From sequence record NC_029091.1: a stretch of 64,000 bases of DNA; one strand, 5' to 3'. How positions within the stretch are numbered: position 1 is the first letter of the stretch; every line of letters begins with the position of its first letter. This DNA comes from Escherichia phage APCEc01. The notes below the pieces were generated by a model. It saw only the letters and a program-made list of their open reading frames with translations, was not told where the DNA came from and did no database searches. Positions 26,377-38,466 of the stretch are shown here, piece after piece. Made by a program: the position numbers and the translations under genes.

Positions 26377-29300
26377 TTATGCTAAACGAACGATATAGTT
26401 AAAAGCAACGTTTTTAACTGTGTTTTCTGTATTTCCTGTGGCATTTACAGTTATTGTATGTCCATGGGAACCAATTGCAACAGTATGAGAATGAGCACCA
26501 ATACCTACCGAATGGGTATGAGCACCAATACCCACAGTATGAGCATGGTTACCAGTAGCGCTAGTAGTTCCTGACCAACTATGAGTGTGGGCACCGTCTG
26601 AAGAAGTTTTGGCTATATTCGACCGTGCAGTAGCACCGTTCACGGTTCCAGTGAATTTAGCGTCGGCGTTTGCACCTACACTATTATATCCGTCATAGAA
26701 TATGTTATTGGATATGTCGGCTCGTATCTGAGGACCTGAACGCGCGTGTTGGTGCGCACCAGCGGAACTAGTATTACCACTCACTGTATGGTTATGGTTA
26801 CCAGTGGTATTACTGGTCTTAGTACCATAATCAAAGCTTGAAGTCGTTTTGCTACCATAATCAAAACTTGACGTATTTTTAGTACCCAAATCTGTGCTTG
26901 ATGCACTTGCACTATGGCTATGAGCCTTAACACCGTCTGCTTCTGTACTCAATACAGCACGCCCAGATGGTTTACCCTTGATAGTTTGACCACGCATATC
27001 AGGCAGAGTGCCGGAAGGATACACCGCAGCTAACTTAGGATACAAGTCAGCATCAAATGTTTGACCTTCCATTATGGCATAACCTTCAGGAGGTGTATCA
27101 GTAGGCCAAGGAATCGGAGCACCAATTGGGTAACTCGAGACAATATCCGTCTTAAGGTTATTTATTGTTGTATTCAAGTTAGCAAAATTACCAGAACCAC
27201 CAGTGATATTACCATCAGTACCGAATTGAGCATTTCCGACTTTAAGAGGTTTAGTAATATCGACAGAATCAGAGTTTAATGCAATACCATGTGAATATGT
27301 GTAGCTGTGCATACGAACGACGTTGCCGCCATCGCCAATACCTAAATACCATTTCGGAACATCTGCTTTACGTCCTTGAATGAAGTTAGAAGACTTTTGT
27401 GTTGGAGCATTTATTCTAATAGCATCTGATGCCATATTTACTGTTATGCGTTGACCAGCCGTAGTTCCAGCCGCTTCTACTTTAAATCTACCGCCGCCGA
27501 TATCTACATCATGATCCATGGAAACTTTACCATTACTTAATGTAATATAGAACGGACGTAAATTAGAAATACCACCTGATTCACCAGCATTCTGCGGAGT
27601 TGGAATAATATAAAACTTATCTTCAGAACGACGGAAAATAGCACCATATTCAGCATCGTAAATACGGAAAGCATCAGCAGTCCCGCCAATTTTAACCTGT
27701 CCGGTAATTGAGGCACCACCTTGAACAAACAATCCATTATTCATTGTAACGTTGCCAACTAGAGTGCTTAATCCGTTAACTCTAAGACTTCCGTCGGTTA
27801 TTAAGCTTCCTCTAGCATTAACCTGTCCATTGAACTGAGTTACAACAGGGCCTGTAGTTTCAGAACCGGTCGGAGCTACACGCTGCGCATAAAAATAATA
27901 ACCTTGCCCATCTGATACTTCAAAAACTGATTCACGAGATTTATCACCTGAAGCGTTAAAGGCATTACCCCACGCTTTAATAGATACATAACTTTTATTC
28001 TGGCCCGCGCGAGTACCGCCAGCCCACAGTATAGTTTTAGTGCCATCTATTGCTGTAGGAGCGTCAAGTTGAATACCATCGGGTCTAGCACCAGTAAGAA
28101 CTAACCCGTTATCAAATTTAATTCTTTGTATTGAAGATACTGTGCCGTCTGCTCTAAGATTTAATTCGTTAACCCCGGTCTTAATATTTAAAATACCGGG
28201 TTCAACAATAAGACCTTCACCCATTGAAATAGCTACTCGGCCAGTACCACGAAAATAGTGATAAAGTTTACCGTTACTGTTATAGCCAAGATGTGTTTGT
28301 CCATCGCCAGAGTTATTACCATCTATTTCGGTTCTGATAGAAACCATTGCAGAGTTTTGACCTGGTAAAATCCATGTGGCACCTTGGTCGGTACTGCGTC
28401 CAAATATGGTTTTGCTTGTGCCACGGAAACCATCGGAAGTAACAGAAGCAACAGAATAACCTCCGCCTACTAAATCAAAATTACCTTGTTTAATATATTT
28501 CAGACCAGTTACAGTGTCGCCGAGAACAAGATACTTATCGCCCATTACACCGACGTTACCATAATCACTAGACGGGAAATCTGTAGTGAATGTACCTAAT
28601 GCAAGGCTATTACGGCCAGCCATTCGGCCATCGTTACGAATACCATACTGTTTTGACTGTGGAGTATTACCTGTCCACCAAGACATTTCATCGGCTTGGC
28701 CTAATTGAGCAGTACAAAGCTCATGCCACATAGTGCCACCGGATTTGGCACGAACTCTACGAAGATAGTTTACACCATTCGTTTCACCGGTGCCCGGGTA
28801 TACATACTTAACTAATGAATCCGTATCATATACACCAAATGCTTTGCCATCGTGAATAACAGTATCAACCCCAATGCGTTTAGTTAATAACGAATCTGAT
28901 GCTAAAATACGGTTGGCTTGAAATTCACCGCCGTTTATAGAACGGAAATAGAATTCACTATTGGTAGTACTTCCTGTTCCTTGTCTAACCCTAAGACGTA
29001 TTTCACCATCAGTTGTAGTTTGAGGACGAGCATATATAACGCCACGTTCAGTGCCATCGGCATTTTCAAACCAAAGATGGGCATTTGCTGTTTCACCGGT
29101 TGAAGCTCTTGAATAAAACGAACCTTGCAATGCTCTAAAAACTTGAGCTGAAATACTACTACCAGCGGTAATCTGGCCACTTGTGGAAAAATTTCCAAAA
29201 TTGTTTATTGGTCCATTGACGCGTAAAGTTCCATCAATAGTTACATTTCCACTGATATTACCGCCAGCGGAAATGCTTAAATCGATGATATTTCCTGAAT

Positions 29301-29427
29301 CATCTTTAGTAAAAAGAGTTCTATCTTTTAAGTTTATAGCCAATTCACCTTCGGCTAATACTGAAGCAGCAGGACGTGCACCTGCGGTTTTGCTTCTTTT
29401 AAATTGTATTTGTTTTAAAGTAGCCAT
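26377..29427 (-). CDS. 37: gp37, long tail fiber distal subunit
   Basis: 1016 aa; C-terminal His boxes ([34 protein letters not shown]) typical of the T4 gp37 tip. Confidence 0.9.
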   Translation of the reverse strand: MATLKQIQFKRSKTAGARPAASVLAEGELAINLKDRTLFTKDDSGNIIDLSISAGGNISGNVTIDGTLRVNGPINNFGNFSTSGQITAGSSISAQVFRALQGSFYSRASTGETANAHLWFENADGTERGVIYARPQTTTDGEIRLRVRQGTGSTTNSEFYFRSINGGEFQANRILASDSLLTKRIGVDTVIHDGKAFGVYDTDSLVKYVYPGTGETNGVNYLRRVRAKSGGTMWHELCTAQLGQADEMSWWTGNTPQSKQYGIRNDGRMAGRNSLALGTFTTDFPSSDYGNVGVMGDKYLVLGDTVTGLKYIKQGNFDLVGGGYSVASVTSDGFRGTSKTIFGRSTDQGATWILPGQNSAMVSIRTEIDGNNSGDGQTHLGYNSNGKLYHYFRGTGRVAISMGEGLIVEPGILNIKTGVNELNLRADGTVSSIQRIKFDNGLVLTGARPDGIQLDAPTAIDGTKTILWAGGTRAGQNKSYVSIKAWGNAFNASGDKSRESVFEVSDGQGYYFYAQRVAPTGSETTGPVVTQFNGQVNARGSLITDGSLRVNGLSTLVGNVTMNNGLFVQGGASITGQVKIGGTADAFRIYDAEYGAIFRRSEDKFYIIPTPQNAGESGGISNLRPFYITLSNGKVSMDHDVDIGGGRFKVEAAGTTAGQRITVNMASDAIRINAPTQKSSNFIQGRKADVPKWYLGIGDGGNVVRMHSYTYSHGIALNSDSVDITKPLKVGNAQFGTDGNITGGSGNFANLNTTINNLKTDIVSSYPIGAPIPWPTDTPPEGYAIMEGQTFDADLYPKLAAVYPSGTLPDMRGQTIKGKPSGRAVLSTEADGVKAHSHSASASSTDLGTKNTSSFDYGSKTTSSFDYGTKTSNTTGNHNHTVSGNTSSAGAHQHARSGPQIRADISNNIFYDGYNSVGANADAKFTGTVNGATARSNIAKTSSDGAHTHSWSGTTSATGNHAHTVGIGAHTHSVGIGAHSHTVAIGSHGHTITVNATGNTENTVKNVAFNYIVRLA

Positions 29428-29435
29428 AAGTCCTC

Positions 29436-30101
29436 TTAATAATAGCCGAAATCTTGAACAGAATCCTTAATTACGATTTGGTCGAAACGAGGAACATGAT
29501 TAGCCTCAGACGCCGGATTCTGTGAGAAAAAGTTTGGTGCTGTTAAAGTACCAGTCATGGTATCGCCTTTACGCAATACACGGGAATTTGCGTTATCCGT
29601 AACAATATTTATTCGTCCATCAACATAATCTTTTCTTGTGAGATCATTTGCTGCAACCGGAGCAGTCATATCGCTTCTTACTTGTCCTGAAGCAGATACA
29701 ACGCCCTTTGTATTAATATCGCCATTACGTGTATTGATTACTACAGTTCTACCCGCTGTTCCTTGTGATGATTTAAAACCAATACCATACCACGAAACAA
29801 TATCAATATTTGCTGTAACAAAAGTAGCTGCATCTCCATTACCAGGATAAATACCAGATTGATTTGTATTGTTTATAGCATATGGTATTTGAACACCGCT
29901 GTTAAATGTTACCTTTGATGCATAAGTACCACCATTAGCTTTAGAAACGAAATCGTTATCAGCAGCTTGTGGTTTATTATATTCTGAATAGAGTTTAAAC
30001 GTTTTATACAGGACGTCATCACCTGCTGGCATTAAAGGGAAATTACCTTGATGCCATATAACGGCACCGCCAGTTGTACTACCAGCTTTTAAATCGGCCA
30101 T
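29436..30101 (-). CDS. 36: gp36, long tail fiber hinge
   Basis: 221 aa, same size and position as T4 gp36. Confidence 0.85.
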   Translation of the reverse strand: MADLKAGSTTGGAVIWHQGNFPLMPAGDDVLYKTFKLYSEYNKPQAADNDFVSKANGGTYASKVTFNSGVQIPYAINNTNQSGIYPGNGDAATFVTANIDIVSWYGIGFKSSQGTAGRTVVINTRNGDINTKGVVSASGQVRSDMTAPVAANDLTRKDYVDGRINIVTDNANSRVLRKGDTMTGTLTAPNFFSQNPASEANHVPRFDQIVIKDSVQDFGYY

Positions 30102-30125
30102 AGTTGTCTCCTTATATGTATACCA

Positions 30126-30133
30126 TATTTATA
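30126..30133 (-). promoter_or_regulatory. late promoter (TATAAATA) for gene 36
   Basis: TATAAATA on the minus strand about 25 nt upstream of the gp36 ATG. Confidence 0.65.
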
Positions 30134-30140
30134 CAAAAAT

Positions 30141-30158
30141 GGGAGACCGAAGTCTCCC
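30141..30158 (-). terminator. hairpin terminator after gene 35
   Basis: GGGAGACTTCGGTCTCCC on the minus strand followed by U-rich sequence. Confidence 0.6.
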
Positions 30159-30163
30159 TAAAT

Positions 30164-31291
30164 TTATTCTGATGCTTCTTCAAATTCTTGTCCAAATACC
30201 TTACCGGTATAAGTTGAAGATTGAGTAGGTAATGTCATTATGTCTGGAGCACTTAAAGATTCTGAAACATAATTTACACGAATACCATTTATACCAAACT
30301 CAGCAGGTTTTGAAACGCTTCCATTGCATGATACTTCAGTTAATATAACGTTTCTTAATCCACCTTGCCCTACTGGAGCTGTACGATAACAATAAATCGT
30401 GAACCCGTCAGCACCAGCAGGAATTTCTATGTAGTCTTCATATATCTTCCATTCACCTGCGCCCCCATCAAAGTTTATATCCTTAAATGAAATAGGTGAA
30501 GTAGAAAGAGATTTAAAGAAACGAATAGAAAGTCGTGTCGTCCCTTGTGCTAACAAATCAGCATCGGCCATTAGTTGGAATTTCATATAAAGGAAATCTC
30601 CAGGCTTCAATTTATACCCAGCGAGAGGTGTAATAATGGACGTTGTAGGCATCCTTTTAATTTCATTATTAGTACCTCCAACAGCAGATAAAAATGTGTC
30701 TGTCGATTCGTACGTACGACTAGGGAAGCCGGTAGCACCAATATCATCGATCGTGTCGTACACAACATCAAGTGGTGTACTATAGTCGGTTGAAGTTTTC
30801 TTATTACTATACTTAATATGTTCTAGTGCTATAGCATTCTTACCAGAAATATAAAATGCCGAATAAGAAATGTCCACTATATTTAAAACTTGTTGAGCTA
30901 ATGGAATAGCAGAACTTCCGGCTTTATTAAACCATGCAAGAACTTCTAGCGGAAAGTTTGTTTTAGCGTTAGTAACAAGAGCAAATATAAAATTTGAAGA
31001 ATATGTGTCCATGAAAGTAACAAATGCACTTGACGTGGCGTCGTTTTCAGTAGAGAAATTATATGTCTTAGATTCAACTACTGCACCCGTTGTAGGATTT
31101 ATTACACGAACGTTTAATCCAACGGAAAAAACCTGGGACCCAAGTGGATTATCCTGGAACTTAATATAAGCAGGAGATGTTGATAGCGGGCAAGAGCCCG
31201 CTATGCTTAATTTAAATCGTACTGAATTGCTTTCCGATAAAAATGGCGTTTGGACGTATCCTTGTCCAAACTTAGCCATAAATTTTTCCAT
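30164..31291 (-). CDS. 35: gp35, long tail fiber hinge connector
   Basis: 375 aa; position and size as T4 gp35 (372 aa). Confidence 0.85.
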   Translation of the reverse strand: MEKFMAKFGQGYVQTPFLSESNSVRFKLSIAGSCPLSTSPAYIKFQDNPLGSQVFSVGLNVRVINPTTGAVVESKTYNFSTENDATSSAFVTFMDTYSSNFIFALVTNAKTNFPLEVLAWFNKAGSSAIPLAQQVLNIVDISYSAFYISGKNAIALEHIKYSNKKTSTDYSTPLDVVYDTIDDIGATGFPSRTYESTDTFLSAVGGTNNEIKRMPTTSIITPLAGYKLKPGDFLYMKFQLMADADLLAQGTTRLSIRFFKSLSTSPISFKDINFDGGAGEWKIYEDYIEIPAGADGFTIYCYRTAPVGQGGLRNVILTEVSCNGSVSKPAEFGINGIRVNYVSESLSAPDIMTLPTQSSTYTGKVFGQEFEEASE

Positions 31292-31299
31292 AATACCTC

Positions 31300-34200
31300 T
31301 TATTCAATCCACTCGAATTTAACAGATTTATTCACAGGGTCTGGAATAATGCGGACATTACCAATCCTTAAGAAATCCCTTATTGTCAAGTTTCCGATTG
31401 TTGCATTATCAGAAGGTAAAGCACCAATATCAGAAGGTTGAGGAGGGTTTCCACCATCAAATACCTGAACAAAACTTGACCAAGAATTTTTAGTTTTCTG
31501 CCATGTACGTGTCCAACGGGTTGTACGTGCTTCTGGAGTTGTTGGATAAGTAATCCAATCTTGGTAAAGTGAATCAAGTGTATTACCAAACTGAGTCAAT
31601 GTACCAGGAGATTTAACTTCTTCGCCACGTTCTAAGTATGGAAGCCCAGTCACTTCATTAGTTTTTTCAACCATTTTAAAATAACCTGGGAACTGGTTAT
31701 AAGTGGCTGAATCGTTAATATCGATTGACCAGAATCCTACAGTATCAGATGTTGGTGCACGGGTATATAAATCAGACGTTTTAGTACCCTGAGAACGAAT
31801 TCTCGAGTTAACAGTCAAACCATCTGAATTTATAGTAGCACCTTTGGCAATGATTAAGCCTTCACCAATTGTAATCTGACCGGATTGGTTATTAATTGAT
31901 AATGGACGTAATCCATTAAATCCACCAGTCTGATCACCTGATGCAGTAAGCATAAAATATGTGCTGCCTCCATCATTGCGAATAAAGAATCCGTAATCAC
32001 CACTAATTGCTCTGAAAGCATTTGCAGACTTGCTAATGAATTCACCATTGGCTGTAACTGAACGACCAAATGTTGCAACACCATTCGCATTTAACGTGCC
32101 TGAAGCGTTAACATTTATTGGCATCACAGTACCATTAATGCTAAACGCTATATTCCCATCTTTATTACGTTGAGAATAAAAATGATTAGACGTTTCATCA
32201 CCAACTTCAAATACAGTAGAACGTGTTGTATCTGATCCGCCACCAAACTGATTTCCCCAAACTCTGATAGTCATCGTCTGTGCTGGGTTAGTTCCAGTCT
32301 GAGGTCCTTTTTCAAAAATCAGTCGAGTAGCTGTTCCCGTATTAGAAATAGTCAGTGTACTATTAGCAGATACCGAACCACCAAACGTAGCAGTACTAGA
32401 TGATACAAGAGGGGCACTCAGATTCGTTTGTTGGGTTAAGGTTAGTGAACCATTAACCGTCTGTGCAATGTCCCTACGAATGAACTGAGATGAATCTAGT
32501 CCATCTAATAAATTACTATCTACGGCTTTAGCTTTCAATGGCAAATAATTTGCTAATACACGGTTTAATTCATATGGGGATATAGCATAGCTATTTTTTT
32601 CATATGATTCTAAAGGTTGTGTTGAACCAACTGTATCATTACCAACGAATGTAATTGAACCAGATGAAGTTTTAACAAATCCACGAATTGCTGTAGTAGC
32701 AGCCCATGTTGGTTCATTCTGGACAATCCATTTTAAATTCTTAGGAGATACAGCAGTATTAGCAGAAGTTCCTGTTATAGTTTCAGCCTGAGTAGCAACC
32801 TTAATTACGCCTTCAGACGTTTCAGTGGACTTAGTCCCTAAAAGCTTTTTAGGAGTAATAAGAACATCATCTAAAGTTCCTGCATTAGATTCTGCCTGAG
32901 TCGCTACGCGAAGTGTACCACGTTGTGTTTCATTTGCTTTAGAAATATCAAGAGTATAATGGTTCCACAAGGTTCCTTCTTCAATAAGTCCAGAATCAGA
33001 ATTAACACTGGTACGGTCAGAAGAATCAAAATGAGTTTTAATTTTCAGTGGAGTCGAGATACGAGTATCATCAGTTCCAGTATCAAATTCAACTTGCGTA
33101 GCAAGTTCGGCTATGCCGGATAATCCTTCCGTAGCTTTCCTATCATTTAACGTCTTAGGCGTTACTGCACGTGTATAATCAGTCCCAGCATTAGTTTCTG
33201 TTTGCGTAGCAATTTCAATTAAACCAATACGTCCATCAGTAGAAGTTTTCTTATGTAGTGTTTCAGGAGTTACTACAGCGTGAGAATAACCTGCTTGTGA
33301 TTGACCAGCAATTACTTCACTATCAACAGCTAAAATTACTGCACCTTGTTGAGCATAAGTTGCTTTATATTGGTCAAGGGCTTTAGGAGAAATAGTTAAA
33401 TTATTTACGGTTTTATTATAAACGTTAGTGCCTGCAGCACCACGAGTTTCAGCAGGAGTAGCAGAAGTAGTTGATACATATTTAACTATACCTGATAGTG
33501 TTTCAGAACCCTGACGTGCCTGCAATTTCTTAGGTGTAATAATCGTTGTGTCATCAAGACCAGCATCGGTTTCAGTCTGAGTAGCAATTTCAGCAAGACC
33601 GCGACGAGTTTCAGTTGCTGTACGCTCATTTAGTTTTTTAGGCGTAACAATAGTATCGTCCACAAATGATGCTGTGGAATTCTGGTTAACTTGTGCTGTT
33701 GTAGCAATTTTAGCGATACCACGTCGAGCTTCAGTTGCTGTACGATTTGCCAACGTTTCAGGAGTAATAGCCACTTCTTTAGCTGGAGTATTCTCTAAAT
33801 CAACATTTGCTTGCGCTTGAGTAGCAAGAGCAATAACACCTAAACGAGCTCGTGTAGCATCAGTTCCAGCATCAACACGTTCTACAGTTGGGACGTTTTG
33901 TTGAACAACCCAATAACGTGTACCAGCAACGGTGTCTTCGATATACGCTAATTCTAATACAGGAACATATGAAGTAGTGCCATTGAATTCTAGTTCAGTA
34001 ACAGAGACCCATTGAGCATCAGGTGGATATTCAGAACGTTTAGGGAACTGAAGCAATGCAACAGAAGAAGCAATTGTATCACCTTCGGCAGCTTTAATTT
34101 TTACTGTTTGGCCTTTACGCATGTAGTTCATTGAAATTTTAACAGTGTCACCACTCAAAATTCCGGAAGGCAGCGTAAGATTAATAGTTCCGGCTGTAGC

Positions 34201-35175
34201 GTTATTTGTGCCAAAAATAAGAACTTCTTCATTTGGACGAATATTTGAATCCGCACGGATAATACGAAGACGCGATTTCTGGTCGCCTTCCCATATACGC
34301 CATAAACTATTTGCAGCATCAAAAACAAAAAACGCGTCAGAGTCATTTCTGCCTTCGGCAATATGAGTCCCGACTTCACCAATAGACGTTGTATCATCAA
34401 ATGTTTTAACAATTGTATGATACAGTGGGTTTAATCTATCTAAATCGACTAGGCTGATTATATCACCATTGTTAGCATTACGTGGAAGTGTAATGTTGAT
34501 TGGTGCTGCACTAGTAAAACGACGAACGATAAAATCATTTGCTTGTGCTTGATATGGTGACGCAGGTGTAACAGTGATTGATTCTTTACCATAATCGGTA
34601 ATATACATCTGCCACAAACGATTACTAAACACAAACAATAGTTGTGAACGTGGGCGCGTCATTAAAACTGTACGAACTTGTTCACCTCTAAAGTTTAAAA
34701 TACTCTGCACAGACGCGTTAATCTGTACTTTAACTGTCCCGGTTCTTCCACCAATATCAGCCAAAACAACAGTATCACCATCAACCGGCGCATTTGGCAA
34801 CGTGAAAACCATATCATTGCCGGCACCAGTGTTAACCGAAATCGATTCACCTGAAGAAAGTTGATAAGTCCCAGAAGCGACAGTTATCCATTGTGCATCA
34901 GTACGAACTGCACGCCATTGTAAAAGGTTAAATGCCCCGGAAGGAGACACGATATCATTTATTGCTTGATATAAACGGTTGTCATAAAGAACAACAAATC
35001 CTTTATTATATCCACGCGTAGAATCATATACTTGAACGGTGTTTTCTTGTACCAGGAAGTCAACGTTTACGCCATCAGTACCTACTGTACGGTCGGCTAA
35101 TGCTACGTTAACAATCTTGTCGCCACCGGCGTCCAGACCGTCTTCGGCTCTGAACTTACGTTTGATGTCGGCCAT
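31300..35175 (-). CDS. 34: gp34, long tail fiber proximal subunit
   Basis: 1291 aa (T4 1289 aa); internal repeats of the form ETRRGLAEIATQTETDAGLDDTTIITPKKL. Confidence 0.9.
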   Translation of the reverse strand: MADIKRKFRAEDGLDAGGDKIVNVALADRTVGTDGVNVDFLVQENTVQVYDSTRGYNKGFVVLYDNRLYQAINDIVSPSGAFNLLQWRAVRTDAQWITVASGTYQLSSGESISVNTGAGNDMVFTLPNAPVDGDTVVLADIGGRTGTVKVQINASVQSILNFRGEQVRTVLMTRPRSQLLFVFSNRLWQMYITDYGKESITVTPASPYQAQANDFIVRRFTSAAPINITLPRNANNGDIISLVDLDRLNPLYHTIVKTFDDTTSIGEVGTHIAEGRNDSDAFFVFDAANSLWRIWEGDQKSRLRIIRADSNIRPNEEVLIFGTNNATAGTINLTLPSGILSGDTVKISMNYMRKGQTVKIKAAEGDTIASSVALLQFPKRSEYPPDAQWVSVTELEFNGTTSYVPVLELAYIEDTVAGTRYWVVQQNVPTVERVDAGTDATRARLGVIALATQAQANVDLENTPAKEVAITPETLANRTATEARRGIAKIATTAQVNQNSTASFVDDTIVTPKKLNERTATETRRGLAEIATQTETDAGLDDTTIITPKKLQARQGSETLSGIVKYVSTTSATPAETRGAAGTNVYNKTVNNLTISPKALDQYKATYAQQGAVILAVDSEVIAGQSQAGYSHAVVTPETLHKKTSTDGRIGLIEIATQTETNAGTDYTRAVTPKTLNDRKATEGLSGIAELATQVEFDTGTDDTRISTPLKIKTHFDSSDRTSVNSDSGLIEEGTLWNHYTLDISKANETQRGTLRVATQAESNAGTLDDVLITPKKLLGTKSTETSEGVIKVATQAETITGTSANTAVSPKNLKWIVQNEPTWAATTAIRGFVKTSSGSITFVGNDTVGSTQPLESYEKNSYAISPYELNRVLANYLPLKAKAVDSNLLDGLDSSQFIRRDIAQTVNGSLTLTQQTNLSAPLVSSSTATFGGSVSANSTLTISNTGTATRLIFEKGPQTGTNPAQTMTIRVWGNQFGGGSDTTRSTVFEVGDETSNHFYSQRNKDGNIAFSINGTVMPINVNASGTLNANGVATFGRSVTANGEFISKSANAFRAISGDYGFFIRNDGGSTYFMLTASGDQTGGFNGLRPLSINNQSGQITIGEGLIIAKGATINSDGLTVNSRIRSQGTKTSDLYTRAPTSDTVGFWSIDINDSATYNQFPGYFKMVEKTNEVTGLPYLERGEEVKSPGTLTQFGNTLDSLYQDWITYPTTPEARTTRWTRTWQKTKNSWSSFVQVFDGGNPPQPSDIGALPSDNATIGNLTIRDFLRIGNVRIIPDPVNKSVKFEWIE

Positions 35176-35205
35176 TCGTTTTTCCTTTATTGTTTCAATA
35201 ATACT

Positions 35206-35213
35206 TATTTATA
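35206..35213 (-). promoter_or_regulatory. late promoter (TATAAATA) for gene 34
   Basis: TATAAATA on the minus strand about 30 nt upstream of the gp34 ATG. Confidence 0.65.
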
Positions 35214-35278
35214 CCAGTTTACGCTTTCAAATGAGTGTGTTACTATAGACAAGTTGACTAACTGAACAAGAGGTTCAT

Positions 35279-36196
35279 ATGGATTTAGAAATGATGTTGG
35301 ATGAAGATTACAAAGAAGGTATTGCACTTGCCGACTTTAGTAACATTGCATTGGCAGCCGCATTAAACAACTTTGAAGACGGCGATAAAATTACTGTTCC
35401 GATGGTTCGCCATGTAATCTTGAATTCAATTCGTAAAAACGTAGTGATGTTCCGTAAGCAAGGCTATACAAAATTTGTATTGTGTATGGATAATGCTACT
35501 TCAGGTTATTGGCGTCGTGACTTTGCTTACTATTACAAGAAAAATCGTAAAACCGATCGTGAAGCTTCAAAGTGGGATTGGGAAGGATATTTTACTGCAC
35601 TCCATCAAGTTGTTGATGAGATTAAGAAATACATGCCATACGTTGTAATGGATATTGACAAGTATGAAGCGGATGACCATATCGGTGTATTAACTAAATA
35701 TTTGTCATTAGCCGGTCATAAGGTATGTATTGTTGCATCAGATGGTGACTTTACACAATTACACAAATATCCTAACGTTAAACAGTGGTCGCCACCACAG
35801 AAAAAATGGGTTAAAATTAAGAACGGTTCTGCTGAAATTGATTGCATGACTAAAATCCTTAAAGGTGACCGTAAGGATGGTGTTGCATCTGTTCGAGTTC
35901 GTGGTGACTTCTGGTTTACTCGAGTTGAAGGTGAACGAACTCCGAGCATGAAAACAACGATTATTGAAGCAATTGCCAATGACCGTTCTCAAGCTGAAGT
36001 ATTATTAAGTGCAGAAGAATATAAACGGTATCAAGAAAATTTGGTTCTCATTGATTTTGATTATATCCCTGATAATATTGCTTCAACCATTATAGAGTAT
36101 TATAACTCATATAAACCACAACCTAAAGGCAAGATTTATTCATACTTTGTAAAATCTGGTCTTTCTAAATTAACAAGTGTAATTAATGAATTCTGA
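35279..36196 (+). CDS. rnh: RNase H (5'-3' exonuclease / flap endonuclease)
   Basis: 305 aa, same as T4 Rnh; position next to dsbA and 34. Confidence 0.85.
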   Translation: MDLEMMLDEDYKEGIALADFSNIALAAALNNFEDGDKITVPMVRHVILNSIRKNVVMFRKQGYTKFVLCMDNATSGYWRRDFAYYYKKNRKTDREASKWDWEGYFTALHQVVDEIKKYMPYVVMDIDKYEADDHIGVLTKYLSLAGHKVCIVASDGDFTQLHKYPNVKQWSPPQKKWVKIKNGSAEIDCMTKILKGDRKDGVASVRVRGDFWFTRVEGERTPSMKTTIIEAIANDRSQAEVLLSAEEYKRYQENLVLIDFDYIPDNIASTIIEYYNSYKPQPKGKIYSYFVKSGLSKLTSVINEF

Positions 36197-36203
36197 GGTA
36201 AAC

Positions 36204-36473
36204 ATGGCTAAGAAAGAAGCAGTTGAATTTAATCAAGATGTGCATGGTGAAGAACTGGCTAAACTAGTCAAGGAAGCTTCCGATAACAAACTTAAAATTT
36301 CTGGTTATAATGAACTGATTAAAGACATTCGTACTCGTGCTAAAGAAGAGCTTGGTGTCGATGGAAAAATGTTTAATCGTTTGTTAGCTCTTTATCATAA
36401 AGACGCTCGTGATCAATTTGAAGCTGAAAACGAAGAGGTAGTCGAGCTTTATGACACAGTTTTCACTAAGTGA
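36204..36473 (+). CDS. dsbA: dsDNA-binding protein DsbA
   Basis: 89 aa from ATG 36204 with SD GAGGT (T4 DsbA is 89 aa). Confidence 0.75.
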   Translation: MAKKEAVEFNQDVHGEELAKLVKEASDNKLKISGYNELIKDIRTRAKEELGVDGKMFNRLLALYHKDARDQFEAENEEVVELYDTVFTK

Positions 36474-36789
36474 TATTAAACCGGTTGATGAGGCCGGTTT
36501 ATCTGAACAAGAATTAGCAGTAAAACACGATAAAGATGATATCGCTAAATTGCTTGACCGGCAAGAAAACGGATTCATTATCGAATCCATGGTTGAACAA
36601 TTTGGTATGTCTTATTTAGAAGCAACAACTGCTTTCTTGGAAGAAAATTCTATTCCAGAAACACAATTTGCTAAATTTATTCCTACAGGAATTGTTGAAA
36701 AAATTACAAGCGAAGCAATTGACGAAAACATGCTTCGCCCATCAGTTGCTCGTGGCGAAAAAACTAATACGTTAGATTTCTTATTATGA
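36451..36789 (+). CDS. 33: gp33 late transcription co-activator
   Basis: 112 aa, identical length and position to T4 gp33. Confidence 0.8.
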   Translation: MTQFSLSDIKPVDEAGLSEQELAVKHDKDDIAKLLDRQENGFIIESMVEQFGMSYLEATTAFLEENSIPETQFAKFIPTGIVEKITSEAIDENMLRPSVARGEKTNTLDFLL

Positions 36790-37439
36790 TTAAAATACGC
36801 ATGCCTCCTGATGGAGAACGTTATATTAACGGAAAATCGGTATACAAACTATACTTGATGTGCAAACAACATTTTAATGGTCGGTATGACGTAATCAAAT
36901 ATAACTGGTGCATGCGTGTTTCGGATAATGCGTATCAAAAACGCCGAGATAAATATTTCTTTGAAAAACTAGCAGAGAAATATAAATTGAAGGAACTCAC
37001 CTTGATATTCATAAGCAACTTAGTTGCTAACCAAGACGCATGGATTGGTGAGATATCAGACGCTGATGCATTAGTTTTCTATAGGGAATATATTGGACGT
37101 CTCAAACAAGCCAAGGAGACGTTTGCTGAAGACGTACGTAACATCTACTATTTCAGTAAGAAAGTTGAAGTTAGTGCGCTTCAAGAGATATTTGATTATA
37201 ATAACAACGTTCAGTCGAGCTACATATTTAAATTGCTACAAAGCAATATAATTTCATTTGAAACTTTCTTATTGTTGGACTCGTTTTTGAATATTATAGA
37301 TAAGCACGACGAACTCACCGATAACTTAGTCTGGCAAAATTATTCTACCAAATTAAAGGCATATCGAAAAATACTTCAAATCGATGGAAATGTTGCTAAG
37401 AAATTGTTCATAGAAACAATCAAATCATGTAAGTATTAA
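36786..37439 (+). CDS. 59: gp59 helicase loader
   Basis: 217 aa, identical length and position to T4 gp59. Confidence 0.8.
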   Translation: MIKIRMPPDGERYINGKSVYKLYLMCKQHFNGRYDVIKYNWCMRVSDNAYQKRRDKYFFEKLAEKYKLKELTLIFISNLVANQDAWIGEISDADALVFYREYIGRLKQAKETFAEDVRNIYYFSKKVEVSALQEIFDYNNNVQSSYIFKLLQSNIISFETFLLLDSFLNIIDKHDELTDNLVWQNYSTKLKAYRKILQIDGNVAKKLFIETIKSCKY

Positions 37440-37468
37440 GCTTTATTTCTTGTGTGTTAAAATTACTT

Positions 37469-37557
37469 TATAAATAAATCATACCAGCTACGAGGTATAA
37501 GTGTCGTAGCAACCAACTGTAAATAAATTAAATAATCTAAATAAAAGGTAATAATCC
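37469..37557 (+). promoter_or_regulatory. gene 32 leader: TATAAATA, hairpin and A/U-rich translational operator
   Basis: TATAAATA at 37469-37476; 7-bp inverted repeat GCTACGA / TCGTAGC; then an unstructured A/U-rich tract up to the ATG, as in T4 gene 32 autoregulation. Confidence 0.55.
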
Positions 37558-38460
37558 ATGTTTAAACGTAAATCTACTGCTGACCTCGCTGCTCAAATGG
37601 CTAAACTGAATGGTAACAAAGGTTTCTCTTCAGAAGATAAAGGCGAATGGAAGCTGAAGCTAGATGCATCCGGTAATGGTCAAGCGGTAATTCGTTTCTT
37701 GCCAGCAAAAACTGATGATGCACTACCATTTGCAATTCTTGTTAACCACGGTTTCAAGAAAAATGGTAAATGGTATATTGAAAATTGCTCTTCTACACAT
37801 GGTGATTATGACTCTTGTCCTGTATGTCAGTACATTAGTAAAAATGACCTGTACAATACCAACAAAAATGAATATTCTCAACTGAAACGTAAAACTTCTT
37901 ATTGGGCTAATATTCTGGTTGTTAAAGACCCTCAAGCTCCAGATAACGAAGGTAAAGTATTTAAATATCGTTTCGGTAAAAAGATTTGGGACAAAATCAA
38001 TGCAATGATTGCTGTTGATACCGAAATGGGTGAAACTCCAGTTGATGTTACTTGTCCGTTTGAAGGTGCCAACTTCGTTCTGAAAGCTAAGCAGGTTTCC
38101 GGTTTTAGCAACTATGACGAATCTAAATTCTTGGGTCAATCTGAAATTCCTCGTATTAATGATGAAGCATTCCAGAAAGAACTATATGACCAGATGGTAG
38201 ACCTTACTACTTTGACGGCTAAAGACCAGTTCAAATCCTTTGAAAAATTAAATGAATCTTTCGCTAAGGTTCTTGGTACTGCCGCTCTTGGTGGTGCAGC
38301 AGCCGCAGCAGCTTCTGTTGCAGATAAAGTTGCTTCTGACCTTGACGATTTTGATAAAGACATGGAAGCCTTTAGTTCTGCAAAAACTGAAGATGACTTC
38401 ATGAGCTCTACCTCATCCTCTGATGATGGCGACCTCGATGACCTGTTAGCTGGTTTATAA
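37558..38460 (+). CDS. 32: gp32 single-stranded DNA-binding protein
   Basis: 300 aa; [19 protein letters not shown], Zn-ligand region and acidic C-terminus match T4 gp32. Confidence 0.95.
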   Translation: MFKRKSTADLAAQMAKLNGNKGFSSEDKGEWKLKLDASGNGQAVIRFLPAKTDDALPFAILVNHGFKKNGKWYIENCSSTHGDYDSCPVCQYISKNDLYNTNKNEYSQLKRKTSYWANILVVKDPQAPDNEGKVFKYRFGKKIWDKINAMIAVDTEMGETPVDVTCPFEGANFVLKAKQVSGFSNYDESKFLGQSEIPRINDEAFQKELYDQMVDLTTLTAKDQFKSFEKLNESFAKVLGTAALGGAAAAAASVADKVASDLDDFDKDMEAFSSAKTEDDFMSSTSSSDDGDLDDLLAGL

Positions 38461-38466
38461 TAAATT

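Noticed and set aside
26377-26900. His-rich repeats at the gp37 C-terminus as a novel metal-binding or low-complexity insertion
   Set aside because: His-box repeats are a known feature of the T4 gp37 distal tip (metal-coordinating fibre); not novel.
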